A program made the translations under genes and the position numbers. The notes beneath the pieces were generated by a model that saw only the letters and a program-made list of their open reading frames with translations, did no database searches and was not told the origin of the DNA. From Alphaproteobacteria bacterium (GTDB taxonomy: Bacteria > Pseudomonadota > Alphaproteobacteria > Rickettsiales > Rickettsiaceae): a stretch of 57,650 bases of DNA. The stretch spans positions 14,267 through 71,916 of the forward strand of contig JAHDEH010000001.1 in NCBI GenBank assembly GCA_020628955.1. The letters are read 5' to 3'. Below, piece after piece: positions 1 to 10,200 of this stretch (position 1 is the stretch's first letter; each line of letters starts with the position of its first letter).

Positions 1-41
1 AGCATAATAGCAGCAAATAAAAAAAAAGAAACTACAAAAAT

Positions 42-81
42 AAAAAAGACCCATTAAATATAAATTAAATGAGTCTTTTTA
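42..81 (-). terminator. probable intrinsic terminator downstream of the OMP gene
   Basis: AAAAAAGACCCATT...AATGAGTCTTTTT inverted repeat with A/T tails, about 55 bp past the stop. Confidence 0.55.
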
Positions 82-135
82 TTATCTTTGATTCAAAAAA
101 TCGCAATGCGATTATCGAAATATCTTAAGCTAAAC

Positions 136-864
136 TTAGATATCGAATCTTAAACCAAGAGCAATATTGTTTCCTGCAACATGGTCTTTGATTTTTGTAG
201 TGAAACCTTTAACGCCATTAGCTCCTTTGAATTTAAAGCTTTTATCTGCAAAATGTCTCCAGCTATATGCAAGCTCTGCATGCACACCATGTGTTACTTC
301 TGAAGTTAGACCAACTTGCAATTGATATGCAAAGCTTGTTTTGCTTTTCATTTTGAATTTATTTTTTTGACCTTCTGCTTTCATATCACCTGTGATGTAT
401 GAAAAACCAATACCAGCACCAGCATATAGTTTAGCCACGTCAAGATCCAGAACATCATAATATCCATTTACTAAGAAAGTATTGATATTTAGATTTATTG
501 TTGATTTCTTTGATCCATCTTTTGTTGTCATTCCGCCTGATACTGAATCTGATTTTTTCAACTTGTACTTAGCACCGAAGAAATGATGATAAGATAGATC
601 CATTCTCCAATCTTCTGTTATGTTATAACCACCGCGAATGCCAAATAAGAATGCATTTTCACCAGTCGCTTTCTTGGATTTAGAGATTTCAGAACCAGTT
701 GCATCTGTCAAAACAGTATCCTTAGTCTTAGTATTAACCAAGTTAGACCAACCTAGCTCTAGAGCACCATAAGTATCACCACCCATTGCGAACATACCAT
801 CTGTTGCAAGAGCAGAAGAAGACAAAGCAGCAATTGCTGCTGTTGTTAATAGAATTTTTTTCAT
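136..864 (-). CDS. outer-membrane beta-barrel protein (opacity/Adr1-Adr2-like adhesin family)
   Basis: Signal peptide MKKILLTTAAIAALSSSALA; NTFLVNGYYD, YAGAGIG and FAYQLQVG strands; C-terminal GLRFDI. Confidence 0.85.
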   Translation of the reverse strand: MKKILLTTAAIAALSSSALATDGMFAMGGDTYGALELGWSNLVNTKTKDTVLTDATGSEISKSKKATGENAFLFGIRGGYNITEDWRMDLSYHHFFGAKYKLKKSDSVSGGMTTKDGSKKSTINLNINTFLVNGYYDVLDLDVAKLYAGAGIGFSYITGDMKAEGQKNKFKMKSKTSFAYQLQVGLTSEVTHGVHAELAYSWRHFADKSFKFKGANGVKGFTTKIKDHVAGNNIALGLRFDI

Positions 865-1263
865 AATAATATTCCTTTATATTTTTAATAATTAACAATT
901 TTAGTTCATAAACTTATTTTTGGATTAAATAAACAAATAAAAAGATTAAGTCTTTTTATTATCCATATGAAGCAAAAATCAGCTTACTTAAGAAGTTATA
1001 GCATATTAAAATGTGTTTTGGCTAGTGAAAAAAGCATTATTTTATAAAAATTTTGCCATTTGTGATAATTTTAGCACAAACCCCCCCCCATAATATAAAA
1101 AATAACTAAGTATATTAGGCTCTGAGATAATTTAATTATCGCCTTTGGTCGCCATGCTTGTTAACTTATTTATAAAATATTAACAATAAACTAAATGCAA
1201 AAAATTAAATATTAATTTTTCATAATTTAATGTGCATCAAAAAGCACATATTTGTTGGTAAAA

Positions 1264-1458
1264 GCCATTTTTGAGTGAGCACGAGTAGAAAACGTGGCAA
1301 CCTACTGCGATGCCATTCCCTCGGAAGAGGGAATCTAGGAATATTAATAATGCATTCGCGGTTAGCGTTTTATGGATCCCCGCCTGCGCGAGGATGACAT
1401 TTGAGTTTAAACTCATGAGATCACCACTTCGCTCTCACGAGCTCGCCCGCGCATGACG
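1264..1458. repeat. composite nested palindromic repeat (RPE/CGTC-REP-like); inner element 1311-1399
   Basis: GC-rich island; inner arms TGCCATTCCCTCGGAAGAGGGAATC and GGATCCCCGCCTGCGCGAGGATGACA; inverted homologue at 7021-7207. Confidence 0.8.
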
Positions 1459-1465
1459 TTTGACC

Positions 1466-2386
1466 TCACCCAAGTGGGTGCGCTTTGTTATAGGCGGATT
1501 CTAGATGTTTGCGATTAATTTTAGTATAGCGCTGCGTGGTGGAAAGACTTTGATGACCTAGCAAATCCTGAATAGAGCGTAAATCAGCGCCATTTTCTAG
1601 CAAATGAGTTGCAAAGCTATGACGAAATGAATGACAACTTAAATGTTCTGGCAATCCAAGGGTACGGCGTAAAGTAACAAGCTCTTTACTGAAAGAGCTG
1701 CGCTGCAGAGGTGCGCCGCGCACGCCGCGAAATATTGGAGCATCCTCTTCTATATAATAAGGCAAAATATCCAAATATTGCTTTATAAGCAAATAAGACT
1801 CTTCTATCCAAGGGATTTGTCTTTGCTTATTGCCTTTACCTGTTATGGTAAGAAACTCTTTATTATTTAGGTGTTTTTTTGTAATAGATAGCGCCTCTGA
1901 AATCCTCAATCCACTTGCATATATAAGCGTCAGCAGTGACTTATTGCGTAAATGCACCCATGGCTGGCTTCCCAACATTCCAATATTATCAAGCGCACTA
2001 TATGCCTCTTCTTTAGTCAAAGCTTTTGGTAGTATTTTAGATTTCTTGGGAGTTTGCACAACATATATAGAATGGCATTTTAATTCATGTTTTTTCTCCA
2101 AAAATCTGTAAAAATTTTTCACAGATGAAAGAGCCCTTGCGCTTGAAGATGAATTATATTTATCACGCACGCGGCCCGCTAGCCAGCTGCGCATTAACCG
2201 CACATCTACATTCTCAATTGATTTTAAAGAGATTTGTTTTTCTTCATATGATGAAATAAATGATAAAAAATTAAATAAATCTCTCCTGTAAGAGTCTATT
2301 GTGTGATCTGAATAATTTTTCTGCACAGACAAATATTCTTGCCAAGATTGAATTGCATTTTGCGTTTCTTTATCGTAATTAATCAT
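1466..2386 (-). CDS. xerC: tyrosine recombinase XerC
   Basis: YASGLRISE, GKGNKQR, HSFRHSFATHLL and LLGH..LSTTQRY catalytic motifs; C-terminal AHP. Confidence 0.9.
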   Translation of the reverse strand: MINYDKETQNAIQSWQEYLSVQKNYSDHTIDSYRRDLFNFLSFISSYEEKQISLKSIENVDVRLMRSWLAGRVRDKYNSSSSARALSSVKNFYRFLEKKHELKCHSIYVVQTPKKSKILPKALTKEEAYSALDNIGMLGSQPWVHLRNKSLLTLIYASGLRISEALSITKKHLNNKEFLTITGKGNKQRQIPWIEESYLLIKQYLDILPYYIEEDAPIFRGVRGAPLQRSSFSKELVTLRRTLGLPEHLSCHSFRHSFATHLLENGADLRSIQDLLGHQSLSTTQRYTKINRKHLESAYNKAHPLG

Positions 2387-2397
2387 AAAAAAATGTT

Positions 2398-3168
2398 TTA
2401 TTTGGATTTCAAATATTTAATCAAAAACATTATGATATAAATCATTCCACCGCACAGTACTATAATGGGCGAAAATGGTATATCTATATGATATGATATC
2501 ACAAAACCAGTCAAGTTCATAATTTGCGCAATAATGGCTGCAAACAAAATCATAGTTGCTGGTGAATTTGAAACTAATCTTGCACATAATGCAGGGATTA
2601 GGATGATGCTAGTAACAAGCAGGGCGCCAACTATTTTAATGGTCGAAATTATTGCAAATGATAATATCGATAAGAACAAAAATTCTGTGAATTGTATATT
2701 TATATTTCTGCTGTGGGCAACATCTCTGCTTAAAATAATTAATAGTAAATTTTTGAAATTTAGAACAAAAAAGCAAATTACAGATAATAATATAAAAATA
2801 AGAAGTTTTATATCCTCTATATTTGCAGCAATAATATCTCCAAATAGCAAGCTGCTAAAATTAAATTCCTTCTCGGACATGTAAGATAAAACAAGTGCAA
2901 ACGACATCATGACACTTGAAGTTAAGCCAACAGCTGCGTTATTGCTAGTATTTGCTTTTAGCTTAAAGACTATAATTGCAAATATGATGGTATTAAAAAG
3001 AGCGGCATAAATAACTGGTAAATCCAAAATTATGCTTATAGCAGCGGCTAATATGCTTGCGTGCGCTAGACCATCGCTATAGTAAACATATTTCTTCCAT
3101 AAAACAAAGCATCCTAAGGGGGCGAATATCAAGCCTATTAATATTGATGTAATTAAAATAATTTCCAT
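2398..3168 (-). CDS. znuB: Zn/Mn ABC transporter permease
   Basis: PLGCFVLW..YYSDGLAH, LLFGDI and VGALLV motifs; multiple TM segments; adjacent to znuC. Confidence 0.85.
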   Translation of the reverse strand: MEIILITSILIGLIFAPLGCFVLWKKYVYYSDGLAHASILAAAISIILDLPVIYAALFNTIIFAIIVFKLKANTSNNAAVGLTSSVMMSFALVLSYMSEKEFNFSSLLFGDIIAANIEDIKLLIFILLSVICFFVLNFKNLLLIILSRDVAHSRNINIQFTEFLFLSILSFAIISTIKIVGALLVTSIILIPALCARLVSNSPATMILFAAIIAQIMNLTGFVISYHIDIPFSPIIVLCGGMIYIIMFLIKYLKSK

Positions 3169-3180
3169 AAATTATAGCCC

Positions 3181-3891
3181 CTAATGTTTATGATCATGAT
3201 TATGTATATATACGCCAATTTCAGATAAAGCATTTTTAAATATATTATTATCTTTTATATCAACCGGCTTGCCGCTACAGCATACATGTTTATTTAGACA
3301 TATTACTTGATCTGAATTTTTCATGACGGTAAACAAATCGTGCGATACCATGAAAATAGTAATTCCATGCTTTTCCTTTAAGTGCTTTAAAATCAAATAA
3401 AATTCTTGCTGGCTTTGCACGTCAAGATATTGCGTTGGTTCGTCTAGAACTATTAAGTCTGGTTTTTGCATTAAGGTCCCAGCTAATATTAGCTTTTGCA
3501 ATTGACCGCGTGAAATATTAGACAGATCTTCGTTTTTAATTTTTCTGAAATCCAAAAAATCTTTTAATATAAAAGAATCGTAATCTATATAACTCACATT
3601 AGCAAGGCGCTTTAGAAGTTCTTTAGACCTAATTGGCATATCAAAATTAAGATCTAAATTTTGCGGAACATAGCCAATATTAATGTTTTCTTTAATATGT
3701 ATTTCTCCGCTATCATAGCCCTCAAGACCTAGCAGCATTTTTGTGAGAGTAGTTTTGCCAGCTCCATTTTGCCCGATTAAAGTTGTTATTTCGCCCTTTT
3801 TGAGTTTGAAACTAACATTTTCAACCAGCTTATTATTTTTGAAGCTTTTAGATAGGGATTTAAACTCTACTAATATATCCATGTAATTCAC
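3181..3891 (-). CDS. znuC: Zn ABC transporter ATP-binding subunit (start may be ATG at 3882)
   Basis: Walker A GQNGAGKT, VLDEP, VSHDL, CLN..CCSG and C-terminal HNHDHKH. Confidence 0.9.
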   Translation of the reverse strand: MNYMDILVEFKSLSKSFKNNKLVENVSFKLKKGEITTLIGQNGAGKTTLTKMLLGLEGYDSGEIHIKENINIGYVPQNLDLNFDMPIRSKELLKRLANVSYIDYDSFILKDFLDFRKIKNEDLSNISRGQLQKLILAGTLMQKPDLIVLDEPTQYLDVQSQQEFYLILKHLKEKHGITIFMVSHDLFTVMKNSDQVICLNKHVCCSGKPVDIKDNNIFKNALSEIGVYIHNHDHKH

Positions 3892-3970
3892 TAATTATAA
3901 CAAAAATTAAAGGTGCTGCTAAAATTGAGGCAACACCTTAATAGTACAATATCTGAATTCATTATTCAAA

Positions 3971-4079
3971 TATTGTATATTTAATTAAAGTCCTGCGCGA
4001 GAATTGGCTAAGTGAATACTATATATAATAGTTCAAGCGAGACAATGAAACTGCATAAACGGGAGTTAAATTTACAATA
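3971..4079 (+). mobile_element. 109-bp MITE-like repeat, copy A
   Basis: Termini TATTGTATATTTAATT / GTTAAATTTACAATA; near-identical to 46215-46323. Confidence 0.8.
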
Positions 4080-4105
4080 AATGATATAAAGAACTGTAAA
4101 TGTTA

Positions 4106-4576
4106 TTAATTTACAACTTTCCACTGGCCATCTGGTTGACGACAAGCTCTACCAAAAGCTTTTTGTGTTTTTCCACCTACAACAATATTATGCTGATATT
4201 CACGGCAATACTGGCCATGATTTTGGTAAGTTCTTGTTGGTGTGATTGTTCCTCTGTTACCAGAATCTGGGTTTTTCCAGCTTGTGCTTTGGCCTGTTCT
4301 TGCATTTTCAAGAGCTCTGCTAGAAGCACGATGCGCAAGCATTTGATCTTGTCTGTCCATAGTTTGACCAATCTGATTACCCATGAACCCACCAAGAAGT
4401 GCGCCAGCTGCAGTAGCAAGAATTTTTCCTTCACCTTTACCAAATTGCGAACCAAGCAATCCACCAGCAACACCGCCAAGAATTGTTCCACCACCTTGTT
4501 TGTTCATTTGGCCATTACATGCAACAAGGGAAGTACATGCAAAAATGATTAATAATATATTAGCTATTTTTTTCAT
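4106..4576 (-). CDS. omp: rickettsial 17-kDa surface antigen lipoprotein
   Basis: Lipobox LVAC, glycine zipper GGLLGSQFGKGEG, WKNPDSG, YCREY, GRACRQPDGQW. Confidence 0.93.
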   Translation of the reverse strand: MKKIANILLIIFACTSLVACNGQMNKQGGGTILGGVAGGLLGSQFGKGEGKILATAAGALLGGFMGNQIGQTMDRQDQMLAHRASSRALENARTGQSTSWKNPDSGNRGTITPTRTYQNHGQYCREYQHNIVVGGKTQKAFGRACRQPDGQWKVVN

Positions 4577-4620
4577 AAAAATTACCTTTAAAAATTGACA
4601 TTACGGTAGTAACCTTTAAT

Positions 4621-4649
4621 ATAATATATGCTATAATGGTGTAATGCAA
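4621..4649 (-). promoter_or_regulatory. putative sigma70 promoter of the 17-kDa antigen gene, overlapping the divergent CDF promoter region
   Basis: Minus strand TTGCAT-N17-TATTAT; plus strand TTGACA at 4596 with TATAAT boxes downstream. Confidence 0.45.
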
Positions 4650-4666
4650 ATAAAAAAAGAATTTTT

Positions 4667-5569
4667 ATGTCAAAAAAAAGAGATGAGTGGTTAATAAAGT
4701 CGGCATCATATGCATCCGTTACTCTTGCTATTATTATAATGACAATCAAAAGTTATGGCTGGATGCAAACAGATTCACAGTCAATGCTTGCTTCACTTGT
4801 GGATTCTTTACTTGATATTTCTTCTTCTGTAATAAATTTAATTGCAATTCAAATTGCGCTGCAGCCACCTGATGACAATCACCGCTTTGGGCATGATAAA
4901 TTCCAAGATCTTGCAATATTTTCGCAATCTATTTTCTTTTTTAGCTCTTGTTTGTTTACTCTATATTCTTCTTCTAAAGCCCTATATTTTCAAGAAGTTC
5001 CAGAAAATGCAGAATTTGGCGCTAGCATTATGTATGTTTGTATTTTCTTGACCTTTATATTAGTCTGCTATCAATCATATGTGGTAAAAATTACAAAATC
5101 TAAAGTTATTTCTGCAGATAAGCTACATTATTTTACAGATTTTTTGACAAATATTGCGGTTGTAGTTTCACTGTATCTAAGCCATAAATTTTGGTATATT
5201 GATGCGCTTGCAGGCATTTTAATTTCACTTTATATAATGAAAGCATCTTATACACTCATGCGTGATGCGATTCATAATCTAGCAGATGAAGAATTTGCAG
5301 CAGAAGATAGAGAGCAAATATTGCAAATTATTGGTAAATTTGATGCAGCTAAGGGTGTTCATGAGCTAAAAACGCGGTCAGCTGGCAGCAAGCCTTTCAT
5401 TCAATTCCACCTTGAAATGGATGGAGAAATGAGCTTAATCAAAGCGCATGAAATATCGCACCAAATAGAAGATTCTCTAATGGAGGCATTTCCAGGCGCT
5501 GAAATCATAATTCATCAGGACCCGGTTGGATTCGAAAAAGGTGTTAATTACAAAGAAAAACTGGCATAA
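4667..5569 (+). CDS. fieF: cation diffusion facilitator (FieF / rickettsial p34)
   Basis: DSLLD, HRFGHDK, ADKLHYFTD and HQDP motifs. Confidence 0.85.
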   Translation: MSKKRDEWLIKSASYASVTLAIIIMTIKSYGWMQTDSQSMLASLVDSLLDISSSVINLIAIQIALQPPDDNHRFGHDKFQDLAIFSQSIFFFSSCLFTLYSSSKALYFQEVPENAEFGASIMYVCIFLTFILVCYQSYVVKITKSKVISADKLHYFTDFLTNIAVVVSLYLSHKFWYIDALAGILISLYIMKASYTLMRDAIHNLADEEFAAEDREQILQIIGKFDAAKGVHELKTRSAGSKPFIQFHLEMDGEMSLIKAHEISHQIEDSLMEAFPGAEIIIHQDPVGFEKGVNYKEKLA

Positions 5570-5577
5570 CCAAACAT

Positions 5578-6030
5578 ATGTTTGACAATCAATTTATGCA
5601 ACTAGCACTGCAGCAGGCACAAAAAGCATTTGAGGAAAATGAGGTGCCTGTTGGATGCGTTATAGTTCATAGGAAAACTAAGGAAATAATAGCTTCTACT
5701 CATAATTTAGTAGAAAATAATAATAATCCAACCCACCATGCAGAAATACTGGCCATTGATGCTGCATGCAAAAAATTAAATAGCAAAAACCTATCTGAAT
5801 GTGATTTATATGTGACCCTAGAGCCTTGCACAATGTGCGCAAGCGCCATTTCACATAGCCGAATAAAGAATTTATATTTCGGTGCAAATGATGAAAAACA
5901 AGGAGCAGTAGAGAGCGGCGTTAATTTCTTCAGTAGTAATTCTTGCTTCCATAAGCCAGAAATTTATTCAAATATAATGACAGAGGAGTCAAAAGAATTA
6001 TTAAAAAAATTCTTCAAGACGCTGAGATAG
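5578..6030 (+). CDS. tadA: tRNA adenosine(34) deaminase
   Basis: EVPVG, HAE and TLEPCTMC zinc-deaminase motifs. Confidence 0.88.
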   Translation: MFDNQFMQLALQQAQKAFEENEVPVGCVIVHRKTKEIIASTHNLVENNNNPTHHAEILAIDAACKKLNSKNLSECDLYVTLEPCTMCASAISHSRIKNLYFGANDEKQGAVESGVNFFSSNSCFHKPEIYSNIMTEESKELLKKFFKTLR

Positions 6031-6097
6031 AGATTGTAAATTTTACAGCCCTGTATATCAAATAATATTTAATATATTTAGAATTTACATAAAATTT

Positions 6098-6161
6098 TGT
6101 ATACTAACTTTGTTGCAGCTAAAGACCTTATAATTTGCCAGTGCAACAAAGTTAGTATGCA
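6098..6161. repeat. 20-bp inverted repeat between convergent genes (terminator or IS-end remnant)
   Basis: TGTATACTAACTTTGTTGCA-N24-TGCAACAAAGTTAGTATGCA. Confidence 0.7.
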
Positions 6162-6165
6162 GTGA

Positions 6166-6894
6166 TTAGTCTTTAGTTTTTTGTATATGCACTTGATAAG
6201 CTTTTCGCAGTATTTTATAATTACCTTCGTAAGATGCTAAAAATCCATCAATAGCTGGCTTAGGAGTTAGGCTTGCTTGCGAGTATTTTCTCCATCCATA
6301 ATCATCCATAATCATAACTCCTCCAACATTTAATAGTTCCCAAGCTACAGCCAAATCAAACATAACATCCTTAGCTACATGCGAGCCATCAATATAAATA
6401 AAATCGAATTTTTTCATATTATCTTTATATACTGAGTTTAATAAACCAGGTAGAACTTTTTTAGACATCTCTCTAATAGGAATAACCCTTTTATTATCAA
6501 TATGTGTTTTTAGATTGTGTGTAAAACGTTGATATAAATCTTTTTCATGTTCAGGGTCATTTTCCATTGATCCATTCCAAGTGTCAATTGCATAAATAAC
6601 ACTGTCTTTATTCTTGCAATAATTTGTTGCAATATAAAGAGTTGATCTACCTTCATAAGATCCTACTTCTAAACATCTTACTTCTTTTTTATCTTCAAAA
6701 AATTTCTTATGTCTATCCCAATTCTCTTTTTTGTCTGAAAACCAATCAGAAGTAAATTTGGGTTGAGAATTAGATGAATCCACTTTGTCAGCTATAACTG
6801 TTTTCCAGCTGCACAGCGCAAGTAAATATAAAGCGCATAGTAATGTTTTTTTTATTACTGCGGAGATTAATTTAATTTTTAATGTGTTTTTCAT
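6166..6894 (-). CDS. class I SAM-dependent methyltransferase (Methyltransf_24-like) with N-terminal signal/anchor; ORF extends to 6936
   Basis: LEVGSYEGRS, IDTW, FDFIYIDGSH and GGVMIMDDY motifs; hydrophobic LLCALYLLAL segment. Confidence 0.8.
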   Translation of the reverse strand: MKNTLKIKLISAVIKKTLLCALYLLALCSWKTVIADKVDSSNSQPKFTSDWFSDKKENWDRHKKFFEDKKEVRCLEVGSYEGRSTLYIATNYCKNKDSVIYAIDTWNGSMENDPEHEKDLYQRFTHNLKTHIDNKRVIPIREMSKKVLPGLLNSVYKDNMKKFDFIYIDGSHVAKDVMFDLAVAWELLNVGGVMIMDDYGWRKYSQASLTPKPAIDGFLASYEGNYKILRKAYQVHIQKTKD

Positions 6895-7020
6895 AAAATA
6901 CCTATTTGATTTAATTTTAATATGTAGATAATCCATAATAGGTGTATTAGCCTAAAATGTCTAGTAAAATTTTGCCAAAATTAATAAATTAAGGTTGGCG
7001 ATAAACGTCATCACGTGGGT

Positions 7021-7207
7021 CGTCATCACGAGGAGTCACAAGGTGACGGGCGCGGTGATCTTCTTCGGGTGGAATTTCGTTGTTACCCCCGCGCAAGGCG
7101 GAGGTCCATATAACGCTAGCTGCGAATTCTTTGTTAATAAATCTAGATCCCCGCCTGCGCGGGGATGACATTGCGCGCGATTGCTTCGCTTGCGCTCGCT
7201 AGTGACG
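7021..7207. repeat. composite nested palindromic repeat (RPE/CGTC-REP-like); inner element 7081-7170
   Basis: CGTCATCACGAG...GGTGATCT [inner ending GATCCCCGCCTGCGCGGGGATGACA] GATTGCTTCGC...GTGACG; reverse-complement homologue of 1264-1458. Confidence 0.8.
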
Positions 7208-7214
7208 CCTCGTC

Positions 7215-7242
7215 TCACCAGATTGCCGCAGCAACCTGGTGA
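7215..7242. other. GC-rich hairpin just after the autotransporter stop
   Basis: TCACCAGATTGC-CGCA-GCAACCTGGTGA; no U-tract on the gene strand. Confidence 0.5.
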
Positions 7243-7249
7243 AAAAAAT

Positions 7250-10200
7250 CTAGAAATTAACTCTAACTGTCAAAGTTCCAAGGTGACTGATGCGTTTTTT
7301 AGCCATCTTGAAGTCATAACCAATACCATATTCCATTCTGCCATTCTCTGCATTGATTTCAGCACCGAATGTATATTCAGTTCTGATTACCTTACGCGCT
7401 TTATTCTGGGCGTTACCAGCAGAAGACGAAATCTCCTGTGAAGGTTTTTTGCCAACAAGGTCATGCAATATACCAGCATGGATTGATGGAGAAACATCAA
7501 GCTCTGCAAATTTAAATGCTGGAGCTGCAATTTTCAAATCAGCAATTGCGCTAACATCATTAATTGCTTTAAGCTTAACAGTATTGTTAATGCCAGCATC
7601 TTTTTCTTCATATGAAGCGCTTGCAACTCTTGTGTATCTTACACCAGCTGATGGAATAAATGTTGCATATTTAGTTGCAAATTTTGCACCCATCAAACCT
7701 TCAAAAGCAAAAGACATTGCTTCATATTTTGCCCTAGCTGTTTCTGTAGTTTGATTTGTTGGATTCACGCGAACATCACGAATATGCACATTATGCACAC
7801 CAACTGTTGCAATAACATCTGTAAATACGCGGTCAGTAATTTGGCCAAGAGCATACATAGATAACATATAAGAATTAAGCTTGGTTTTGTCGCCTTTCTT
7901 CTGATCTTTATGTTTAATATCCTTGCTAGAGAACGTAAACGCACCACCAACAATAACATCTTCACTTGCTCTGAAGTCAAGACCAGCATTAACACCAAAT
8001 GTTTCTGCCTTGAAACCTGCATCTTCTTTATATTTTTTCTGAGTTGTTATTTTATAGAACGGATTAATCCATGCGCCATATTTTGCTGCATCATCTACAT
8101 AACCCGCAGATGTACCAGTAATTTGCCCCTCTGTGTTCATAACAAAACCATCAAAGCTTGGCAAACCACCTGCATGATCTCCTAAATCATTAGCTACAAC
8201 TCTGCCAGTGTCATCAAGCTGCTCAGAAATTTCACCTTGTGCTGCTTGCCCACTTGCAGAAAGAGTAGTTGATGGCGCAACTGTCAGCGGTCCACCTGAA
8301 CCACCCGTGCCGCCTCCACCGGTTGTTGTAGCACCCGGGATTGTTGCACCTGCTACGCCAGCAGGACCTTGCGGCCCAGGAGCACCTACTACACCTTGCG
8401 GACCTTGCCCACCTTTCGGACCATTATTACCCTGCACACCTTGAATACCAACAGCACCTTGCGGCCCAACATTACCTTGAATGCCTTTAGGACCATTATT
8501 ACCTTGCACACCTTGATCGCCGGTAGGACCTTGGTCACCTTGATCGCCTTGCTCTCCTTCTTCTCCAATACCAGTTCCCTCTATGCCAGGAGTTGGAGTT
8601 ACAGAAGCAAGAGTCAATTTAACGCCGCCTGCGCTTGCTGCTGCTGTCCATGTGCTTGTTGGGTCATATCCATCATTAACTACAATAGTTGGCGCGCCAG
8701 AGAATGTACCGCTATTGATGATTGCATCATATTCTAGCCCTGCTTCCCTGTGGCTGATTGAATCTTCGATATTAAGAGTCAGCACAGATCCTGCGCCAAA
8801 TGTAAGACCATTTGTTTGTATTTGACCACCGCGGAAACCACCTGCAAGCTCGTCTAGAATTGTGAATGTAAGCTCTGTGTTACCATTGATAGTCGTCATG
8901 CCATCAACAATCAAATCCTTATCATTCAAATTCATTTTGGTGTCATTTAAGCTAACTGCGCCAGTTGCATAAATATTTGCGTCTAATATCACATTACTTT
9001 TCATGAAATCGATATTAGTAGCAGAAATAATACCAGCTTTCAGCACATTAGTTTTAGTTGCATCATCTGCAAATGCGATCTTTGCAAGCGGGCTTGTTTC
9101 ACCAATATTTCTGTGAATTGTTGCATGCCCTTCAAACTCAAGCACACCGCTGCCAGCTACTGCGCCTTCAATTGCTGCATGTAATTCAATTCCATCCTTG
9201 AAGATAGAAGTACCACCAACAGTCATTGCATTATCTGCATGAACCTCGCCGCCAAATTTAGCGCTAGCTGCTGCATCAACAATAATGTCTTTTGCATATA
9301 TGCTATTTGCTACTTCATGGCCTGATGTTGAGAATTTAACTTCTTCAAATTTCTTATCCATACTACCAAGCGACTGCATAAGATATGGATTCACCATTGC
9401 AAGGTCAAGCATACCGGTGCCACTTTCTGAAGTGCAGAAATCTACATTTTTCATATTAGCCGCTGCAAAAGATGCGTTCGCATTCGGACCAAGCTGGAAT
9501 TTTAATATATTATTACCAAAGCTGAGCAAATTATCGCCCGAGCCATCATCGCCAAGATTCCCTGTGAAAACTGTCATTGTTGCTGGAAGCACAACAGTAC
9601 CAACTGGAATATCTCCATTAGCATTTATAGTATTTTGGTTTGCATAATCTGCTTTCCCAATGTCAGATCCAGCACCTTCGAAAATAGCCCTGATGTCATC
9701 TTCGCCTTTGAAAATGAATCTATCACCAGCACCCATATGCACATCTTGCTTATAGTATGTGTCGTATTTACCTGCTGCTTCAACAGATGCAAAAGTGTTA
9801 TTGCCGACATTACCAACTGGGCCATCTACATAAATAGCTCCATTTTTAGCTACAGTTCTAAGCGCGCCTCTTTTTGGTGCCCAACCATGTATTGATGACG
9901 CCTCGATCGAACTGTCTATTTCAAGTGTAGAATCAAGTGCAACTACGGCTCCTCCAAATTTATGTTTGCCAACCAAGCGCGCAATGTCAGATAATTGACC
10001 ACTTACTCTCAGCGCATTCAAATGATCACCAGAAGGAGCAATTGTTGGAGCAGAGAATGTACTGTTGCCTTGCATATCTATACGACCCCAGCTAGTGCCT
10101 GGTTTTTTTATATCTGTGATTATATGATCTGCAAATAGATTCACACCATCTGATAATGTTATTAGCCTATCTGAATCAAATTTAATATATTTTAATTTAT

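Noticed and set aside
1160-1215. Near matches to CtrA boxes (TTAA-N7-TTAA) upstream of the OMP gene
   Set aside because: Imperfect and expected by chance at this AT content
1466-2386. Tyrosine recombinase as a phage or island integrase
   Set aside because: Typical chromosomal XerC in a housekeeping operon; no att sites or phage genes nearby
3499-3516. ZnuC signature reads ISRGQ instead of LSGGQ
   Set aside because: That position tolerates substitution in active ABC ATPases and other motifs are intact, so not called a pseudogene
6989-7218. Two 60-aa ORFs (MSSPRRRGS..., MRRGVTS...)
   Set aside because: They are translations of the GC-rich palindromic repeat, not credible genes
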